Translations under genes and position numbers: made by a program
Shown: in pieces, positions 58,260 through 64,000 of the stretch
Layout of the letters: each line of letters begins with the position of its first letter
How positions within the stretch are numbered: the first letter of the stretch is position 1
The notes under the pieces: generated by a model
What the model was told of the DNA's origin: nothing
The model's input: only the letters and a program-made list of their open reading frames with translations
Databases searched by the model: none
Assembly (NCBI GenBank): GCA_963736115.1
Contig: CAVTNR010000009.1
Location: 128,001-192,000 of the forward strand
Reading direction: 5' to 3'
Origin: an uncultured bacterium
Lineage (GTDB): Bacteria; Zhuqueibacterota; QNDG01; DTFT01
Length of the DNA stretch: 64,000 nucleotides

Positions 58260-59329
58260 TCACATCTCGATCAGTTCGTAATCCATGCTTCCCAGGCCGA
58301 TCTCAGCGCCGTGCCGGATCTGCGCGCGGCCGTCGAATCCGGGATAGGACAGGTCGGTCAACTCTTTGCCGGATCTTTTCACAATGAGGTCGAGGCTCGC
58401 GGCGTCCAGGGCCACGGGGTCCGGTCCCGCGAGTATGCCGATGTCCGGGAGTATGGGCTTCTGCCGGAAAGGCATGCAGTCGCAGTCCTTGGTGACCGAC
58501 AGAAGGAAGTTCAGGTACACGGTCCTGTCCTGCCGTCCGATCACGACGCCCAGAGCGTGCTCGGCCATGCGCTGCTGCAGGTCAACCGAGTCCCGGTTCC
58601 AGTCATGCGTGATCGCGTCGAAACGGCATACGGTCACGCATTCGCCGCACCCGATGCAGATTTCAGGATCGATCGCGGCCTTGCCTCCGGTCAGCGTGAT
58701 CGCGTCCGCGGGGCAGTGTTCCGCGCACACGCCGCATCCCGTGCAGTTCTCCTGTGTGACTTCGGGTTTCAGTACGGCGTGCTGTCTGAGCTTGCCCTTG
58801 CGGCTGGCGAAGCCCATGCCGAGATTCTTGATTGCGCCGCCCAGTCCCGTGGCCAGGTGGCCGGTGACATGCGACAGCACGATCAGGCTGTCCGCGTCCC
58901 GTGCCGCGGCCGCCACGGACACTTCCTTGAAAATGCGGCCCGGTATGGCAACCGTCTTTTCGTCCGAACCGTTCAGGCCGTCCGCGATGATCACGGGCGC
59001 GCCTGTTTCCCGAGCGTGAATCCCCGGTCCGCGGCGAACCGGAGATGACTGACCGCGTTGTCGCGCACGCTCTTGTAGAGAACACAGGTATCCGTGAGAA
59101 ACGGCTGGCCCGAACAGGCACGCACCGCCTCGACCACGGGCCGGACGTAATCGGGAGGGATGGAAGTGTCGTTTTTCAATTCGCCGAAATGCAGTTTGAC
59201 CGCGACCCGGTCATGCGCCTTGACCCGGGACGCAATGCCCGCGGCTTCGAGCAGAGCGCGGATTTTCCGCTGGATCTCTTTCACCGGTTCTTCCCTGCGG
59301 GCAGGGGTGAAATGAATCCTGGATTTCAA
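58260..59329 (-). pseudogene. DUF362 + 2x[4Fe-4S] ferredoxin protein, one base missing near 59006-59011
   Basis: VKLHFGE, PFLTDTCVLY...R.NAVSHL in ORF 58991..59329; IIADGL, GGAIKNLGMG, CxxCxxCxxxCP, CxxCxxCxxxC, CDC, DPVALD in ORF 58260..58994. Confidence 0.85.
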
Positions 59330-59500
59330 TTTAATTTCCTTTTTCGTTCTTTCATGTCAACAACGACCGGATGTGCGGAAAAATCAATTCGACTGACCGA
59401 TTGCCCGGTTATGTGATCCCGGGCATAGTCATAATATTACAATATCGCTACGGACGGTTTACTGCACAGCCACACATTAAAACCTATTCTAACATCATTG

Positions 59501-59529
59501 AATTTATGAATTTCTGCCTTTAAAAGCAA
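59501..59529 (-). promoter_or_regulatory. Possible sigma70-type promoter of the DUF362 gene
   Basis: TTGCTT-17 nt-TAAATT, directly after the upstream terminator. Confidence 0.45.
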
Positions 59530-59530
59530 G

Positions 59531-59563
59531 AAAAAGCCTCCCCTGCTGATGACAGGGGAGGCT
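59531..59563 (-). terminator. Rho-independent terminator
   Basis: AGCCTCCCCTG-TCATCAG-CAGGGGAGGCT followed by TTTTCTT on the - strand. Confidence 0.85.
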
Positions 59564-59649
59564 GTATGATTTTAGATCTGGGATGAAAAATCGGATAGGT
59601 GCGGTTGTTGACAGAACGGCAGTGACCGTCCGCAGTACGATTGTTCTCT

Positions 59650-60285
59650 TTATTTTTCGATCAAATTGACGTTCTCCAGAGATCCGATAACGCGACCACC
59701 ATTGATCAGAATCACATCCACTTTATAATCCGGATTATTGACCCTGATGTCGCCTTCCACCACCGAACCATTATTAATTTCAATAACTTGGGGGTGCTCC
59801 TGATCCGAGTGGATATTTTTCGAACGTTTGATCATGATACCGCCCTCGATCCGGCTCCCGTGATTCAGATAGACATCGCCATTGTATAGAATGATACCTC
59901 CCTGCACCAGCGCGCTGTCGAGCCGTACGGGCCCGTTCACTGCCTTGATGCCCCTTTTCACGACCGAGCCGGGCTCCATTTCCAGAGAACCGTTTACAAT
60001 TTCCACTTTCCGGTTCACCACAGCCCCCTCTGCCATGGATATTCCCCCGTTCACGGATTTCAACCCGCGCACCATGGATCGTTTGCCGATCTGAATACTG
60101 CCGTTGACGCTCATGCATTCGCCCTGCACCCGGCAGTCCGACCCGACACGGACATTCCCGTTCACGGAGCGTGCGCCGCGGCTTCTCCGGGATCCGTCCG
60201 GGACCCGCACATCCTTGTTCACGCTGAAATCGCAGGCCGTGAAAACCAGGAGCAGGCCTATTGCCGCGCTGAGTATTTTTCTCAT
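59650..60285 (-). CDS. Lipoprotein with beta-helix-like [ST]VNG repeats (DUF4097/adhesin-like)
   Basis: Lipobox VFTAC; ~17-aa repeats SVNGNV, SVNGSI, SVNGGI, IVNGSL, AVNGPV, LYNGDV. Confidence 0.75.
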   Translation of the reverse strand: MRKILSAAIGLLLVFTACDFSVNKDVRVPDGSRRSRGARSVNGNVRVGSDCRVQGECMSVNGSIQIGKRSMVRGLKSVNGGISMAEGAVVNRKVEIVNGSLEMEPGSVVKRGIKAVNGPVRLDSALVQGGIILYNGDVYLNHGSRIEGGIMIKRSKNIHSDQEHPQVIEINNGSVVEGDIRVNNPDYKVDVILINGGRVIGSLENVNLIEK

Positions 60286-60414
60286 CTGTTCAATCTCCCG
60301 AAATGGTTCATGGGGGAATAACCATCTGGATATACGGAAGCCCTGACGAAAAGTTGGCGCCGGAAAGTGGTTGTCGTCCTGAGGATGGCTTTCCTGCTTC
60401 GCCCGCGAAGGACC

Positions 60415-60450
60415 TTGGAACGTTAACACGTTTGAACGTTCCAACGTTTT
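60415..60450. repeat. 8-bp tandem array (TTNNNACG x4) abutting the panC stop codon
   Basis: ttggaacg ttaacacg tttgaacg ttccaacg; TTGGAACGTT/AACGTTCCAA is also an inverted repeat. Confidence 0.75.
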
Positions 60451-61292
60451 CACGGCAGCACGATGTTGTCGATCAGCCGGGTCTTTCCAAAGAAAACCGC
60501 CACTGCCAAAAGTCCTCCGGAACGGGCTTTTTCCAGCGGCTGTAAAGTATCGGGATCCGCGAGCGACACATAATCGATCCGTGCCGAAGGTTTGGATTCG
60601 ATCATGTTTTTCACGGAACGGACAAGAACGGACGCATCCCGCTCGCCTTTCCGGAACAGGTCCTCAGCCGCGAGCAGGGACTGCCGGAGCACCACTGCGT
60701 CCGCACGCTCGGATGGGGAGAGATACACGTTTCTGGAGCTCATGGCGAGCCCGTCCGCTTCGCGCACAATGGCTGCCACCACGATTTCCACGTCTAGGTT
60801 CAGATCCGCGGTCATGCGGCGGATGACCGCGGCCTGCTGCGCGTCCTTCTGCCCGAAAACAGCGACATGGGGTTTGACCGCGAAGAACAGCTTGGCGACC
60901 ACCGTGGTCACGCCGCGGAAATGGCCGGGCCTGGAGGCGCCGCACAGGGTTTCGGTGAGGCCGTCCACATCGACGTGCGTGCAATGCCCGGACGGGTACA
61001 TTTCCGTGTCCAGGGGATTGAAAATAATGTCCGTGCCCTCCGCTTCAGCGAGTTTCCGGTCGCGCTCGAAATCGCGCGGATACGCCGCGAAATCCTCCTT
61101 CGGTCCGAACTGGGTCGGGTTCACGAAAATGGAGACCACGACGCGGTCCGTTCTGCGGCCGGCTTCGCGGATCAGGCTCAGGTGACCTTCGTGCAGAAAG
61201 CCCATGGTGGGGACGAAGCCGATCTTCAGGCCGTCTGATCGCATGCGGTCCGCTTCGGTCTGCATCTCTTTGATGGAATGGATGATTTTCAT
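60450..61292 (-). CDS. panC: Pantoate--beta-alanine ligase
   Basis: VPTMGFLHEGH, SIFVNPTQF, RPGHFRGV, FGQKD, GLAMSSRN, RLIDN. Confidence 0.98.
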   Translation of the reverse strand: MKIIHSIKEMQTEADRMRSDGLKIGFVPTMGFLHEGHLSLIREAGRRTDRVVVSIFVNPTQFGPKEDFAAYPRDFERDRKLAEAEGTDIIFNPLDTEMYPSGHCTHVDVDGLTETLCGASRPGHFRGVTTVVAKLFFAVKPHVAVFGQKDAQQAAVIRRMTADLNLDVEIVVAAIVREADGLAMSSRNVYLSPSERADAVVLRQSLLAAEDLFRKGERDASVLVRSVKNMIESKPSARIDYVSLADPDTLQPLEKARSGGLLAVAVFFGKTRLIDNIVLP

Positions 61293-61310
61293 CTGGAATC
61301 TCGCACAAAA

Positions 61311-61409
61311 AGTTCATAGTTCCTGGTTCATAGTTCATAGTGAAAGAAGTGTCTGTTCAGCTGCCGATTCCCTTTTTAACTATGAACAATGAACTATGAA
61401 CCATGAACT
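61311..61409. repeat. Inverted pair of 7-bp tandem arrays, same family as 957-1055
   Basis: AGTTCAT AGTTCCT GGTTCAT AGTTCAT AG, 37-nt spacer, then AACTATG AACAATG AACTATG AACCATG AACT. Confidence 0.95.
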
Positions 61410-61417
61410 AATAATAC

Positions 61418-62875
61418 TCATCCCTTTATAACTCCCAGCGGTTTCAGCTTCGCGACCTTGCGCGACAGCCCCGCCATGTGCACGACGTGCACCACGTCGT
61501 CGATCGGCTTGTAGGCCTCAGGCGCCTCCTCGCGCAAAGTCTCGCGGCTCCGCGCGATGACATGGATGCCCTTTTCCAGAAGCTCCTTGGAAATGGACCG
61601 GTCCTGGGTGGCGCGAATCGCGGCCTGGCGCGACATCCTGCGTCCCGCGCCGTGGCACGTGGAGCCGAACGTCTCCTCCATGGCTTTCGCGCATCCCGCC
61701 ATGACATACGAGGCGGTTCCCATGTCTCCGGGCACGAGCACGGGCTGACCGAATGCGCGGTAGATCTCCGGAACGTCCGGGTGCCCCGGCCCGAAGGACC
61801 GCGTGGCTCCCTTCCGGTGCACCACGACTTTCCGGGCCGCGCCGCCGACGGTATGCTCCTCGAATTTGGCGATGTTGTGCGCCACGTCGTACACCAGGCG
61901 CATGCCGAGACGTTCGGCGGACTCTCCAAGCGTGCGGCTGAAGGTCTCGCGCACCCAGTGCAGAATGAGCTGGCGGTTCGTCCACGCGTAATTGGCAGCT
62001 GCCGCCATGGCCGCGTAATAACGCCTGCCCTCGGGCGATTCCACGGGCGTGCAGGCAAGCTGTTTGTCCGGAACGGATATCTTGTATCTGGACATGGCCC
62101 GGACCATGGTCTCGATGCTGTCGTCGCAGACCTGGTAGCCCAGTCCGCGCGAACCCGTGTGGATCATGACCGTGACCTGTCCCCGGAACAGACCGAAGGC
62201 TTTCGCTGCCTCGTTGTCCGTGATGTCGGCCACTTCCTGAATCTCGATAAAATGGTTGCCCGCGCCGAGCGTGCCGAGCTGGGGCCTGCCGCGCTCCAGC
62301 GCGCGGGCCGACAAGGCCTCCGGATCCGCGCCCTCCAGACAGCCGCGCTGTTCGGTCCGATCGATGTCCTCCTGCCACCCGAAACCGGCGGCCACGGCCC
62401 AGGCCGACCCGTCCCGCAGGACGGACGCCTCGTCGCGCGCCGACAGCTTGAGCTTGCCCGAGGATCCCACGCCGCACGGCACGTTCTGGAACAGGGCCGC
62501 GGTCAGGTCACGTATCCGGTCGCGTATGTCCGCCGCGTTCAGGTCCGTGCGGACCAGGCGCACACCGCAATTGATGTCGTATCCCACGCCTCCGGGCGAA
62601 ATGACGCCCTCGGCCGCGTCCATGGCCGCAACGCCGCCGATGGGAAATCCGTACCCCCAGTGTATGTCCGGCATGGCCAAGGACGGCCCGACGAGCCCGG
62701 GCAGGTGCGCGACATTGGCCACCTGCTGGGGCGCCTGATCGGCCTTGATCTGGCTGAGCATGGCTTCGTCCGCGTAGATGATGCCCGGCTGTTTCATGCC
62801 GCGCTGGTAAAAGGACGGAATCCGCCAGCGGAACTCATCTATTTTCTCAAGCGGGCCTTTCCACGGTTCGCTCAT
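61418..62875 (-). CDS. rtcB: RNA-splicing ligase RtcB (archaeal/eukaryote-like long form)
   Basis: MPDIHWGYGFPIGGV, GYDINCG, GTLGAGNHF, HTGSRG, HNIAK, HRKGAT, PGDMG, HGAGR, EEAPEAYK. Confidence 0.97.
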   Translation of the reverse strand: MSEPWKGPLEKIDEFRWRIPSFYQRGMKQPGIIYADEAMLSQIKADQAPQQVANVAHLPGLVGPSLAMPDIHWGYGFPIGGVAAMDAAEGVISPGGVGYDINCGVRLVRTDLNAADIRDRIRDLTAALFQNVPCGVGSSGKLKLSARDEASVLRDGSAWAVAAGFGWQEDIDRTEQRGCLEGADPEALSARALERGRPQLGTLGAGNHFIEIQEVADITDNEAAKAFGLFRGQVTVMIHTGSRGLGYQVCDDSIETMVRAMSRYKISVPDKQLACTPVESPEGRRYYAAMAAAANYAWTNRQLILHWVRETFSRTLGESAERLGMRLVYDVAHNIAKFEEHTVGGAARKVVVHRKGATRSFGPGHPDVPEIYRAFGQPVLVPGDMGTASYVMAGCAKAMEETFGSTCHGAGRRMSRQAAIRATQDRSISKELLEKGIHVIARSRETLREEAPEAYKPIDDVVHVVHMAGLSRKVAKLKPLGVIKG

Positions 62876-62934
62876 GGGTCTCCTTCTCGATACTTCCTGA
62901 AACGCTCATCCGGATGTCATCGCGGGGCCGACAT

Positions 62935-62967
62935 ACGCTCCGGGAGGCTCCCAGCCTCCCGGAGCGT
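62935..62967. other. Perfect 15-bp hairpin in the rtcB upstream region
   Basis: ACGCTCCGGGAGGCT-CCC-AGCCTCCCGGAGCGT. Confidence 0.7.
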
Positions 62968-63003
62968 GGATGCTGTCGATGCGAGGCCGGTCCCCGGATC
63001 GAG

Positions 63004-63159
63004 TTGTAGGTCCGAAATGGTCCCGCGTAACGGGACCAAGTTATTGTATTTTTTTATAGTATTGAAGGCCCGCCGTCTTTCGCGGGCCTTTCGGACATTT
63101 CTCTTCGGCCAGAGCATCCAAAATGTCCGATAGCCCTGAAGGGCATATCGGACCTACAA
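63004..63159. mobile_element. REPIN/MITE-like element with GTAG-type inverted ends
   Basis: Terminal inverted repeats TTGTAGGTCCGAAATG / CATATCGGACCTACAA (15 of 16 match); four internal hairpins. Confidence 0.65.
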
Positions 63160-63948
63160 TATCCTGTAAAGGTCCGTCCGCCTATCCCCGAACAGATCAT
63201 TGTAAGCATTCACCCGCTTGTCCCTGGCGGAATGCGGATCGATTTCCGCGACGCGGACGCCTTCCTCCTCTTCGGACATGCGGAACAGGATTTCACCCCG
63301 CACGCCCGTGACCTGACTCTTTCCGATGAAACGGAGCCCCGGTTTTCCCCCTCTTGCTTCGGTGCCCGTCCGGTTCGCGGTGACCGTGAACACGCGGTTC
63401 TCAATGGAACGCGTGACCATGGCATCCGGGCAATAGGGCAGAACGAGATTCGCCGGATGGCAGATGATATCCGCGCCCGCGAGGGCCAGGGACCGGGCCG
63501 ACTCAGGAAAAGTCCAATCGAAGCACACCATCAGCCCCAGTCGGACACCCGCCGCTTCCCACACCCGGAATCCCGTGTCTCCCGGAGAGAACCAGAGCGT
63601 TTCCTCGAAGAACAGATGGGTTTTCCGGTACGTTCCCATCCATCCTTCAGGCCCGATCAGAACGGCTGAGTTGTAAGTTTTCCCGTCCGCCTGCTCCGCG
63701 AGGCCAGCGACAATGAACATCCGCCTGGAACGGGCCAGGTCCGAGAGCGCCAGCACGGACGGCCCGTTCGGAACCGGCTCCGAAAGCTGACGGACCTCGT
63801 CCATGGAAGCGAACTGATAACCGGACAGGCAAAGTTCGGGGAGCACCACGAGACCGGCGTCTGTTCCCGACAGGGCGGTCCGGATGCGGTCGAGATTGGA
63901 CCGGACGTCCCCGAACTTCGGACTAAACTGGAATACCCCGGCTTTCAC
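63154..63948 (-). CDS. Nitrilase-superfamily carbon-nitrogen hydrolase
   Basis: Glu-Lys-Cys triad: LPEL, YRKTHL, VCFDW; RSIENRV, G.SQV. Confidence 0.93.
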   Translation of the reverse strand: MKAGVFQFSPKFGDVRSNLDRIRTALSGTDAGLVVLPELCLSGYQFASMDEVRQLSEPVPNGPSVLALSDLARSRRMFIVAGLAEQADGKTYNSAVLIGPEGWMGTYRKTHLFFEETLWFSPGDTGFRVWEAAGVRLGLMVCFDWTFPESARSLALAGADIICHPANLVLPYCPDAMVTRSIENRVFTVTANRTGTEARGGKPGLRFIGKSQVTGVRGEILFRMSEEEEGVRVAEIDPHSARDKRVNAYNDLFGDRRTDLYRIL

Positions 63949-64000
63949 CGGATCGCCTTCACGATCATGGGAATCAGTCCGTCTCCGAAACCAAAAGGCA
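63945..64000 (-). CDS. 3' end of an unidentified CDS running off the window (...PFGFGDGLIPMIVKAIR*)
   Basis: Open frame ending in TGA that overlaps the GTG start of the nitrilase. Confidence 0.4.
   Translation of the reverse strand, partial: PFGFGDGLIPMIVKAIR

Overview
This is a gene-dense, high-GC bacterial chromosomal window with about 55 CDS, mostly on the - strand. Four secreted proteins carry an N[YFH]PNPFN...FlgD/T9SS-like C-terminal domain, and there is an efp-accB-accC-gcvH operon; together these suggest a deep-branching FCB-group organism such as KSB1 or Calditrichota (inference). Content is mainly housekeeping and envelope genes: ychF-like, rsmE, glmM, argH, wecB, gcvPA, proC, greA, galM, lpdA, mlaDFE, gpmI, panC, rtcB, an ABC exporter, a TonB receptor, GH5 and GH114 hydrolases. 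I recognised no rRNA, tRNA, CRISPR array, transposase or prophage. The most unusual signal lies in the intergenic DNA, which holds many small repeat families: inverted 7-mer arrays, 8-mer arrays, a ~150-bp dispersed element, REP/REPIN-like palindromes and a 132-bp tandem composite. Most overlap or abut the stop codon of the upstream gene, and a four-helix-bundle (23S-IVP/Avd-like) gene with its own 12-bp repeat lies in the same window. Other notable items are a GHMP kinase-nucleotidyltransferase fusion near galM, several proteins with degenerate catalytic motifs, a basic tail on GcvPA and a candidate structured small RNA. Three single-base frameshifts are probably assembly errors.
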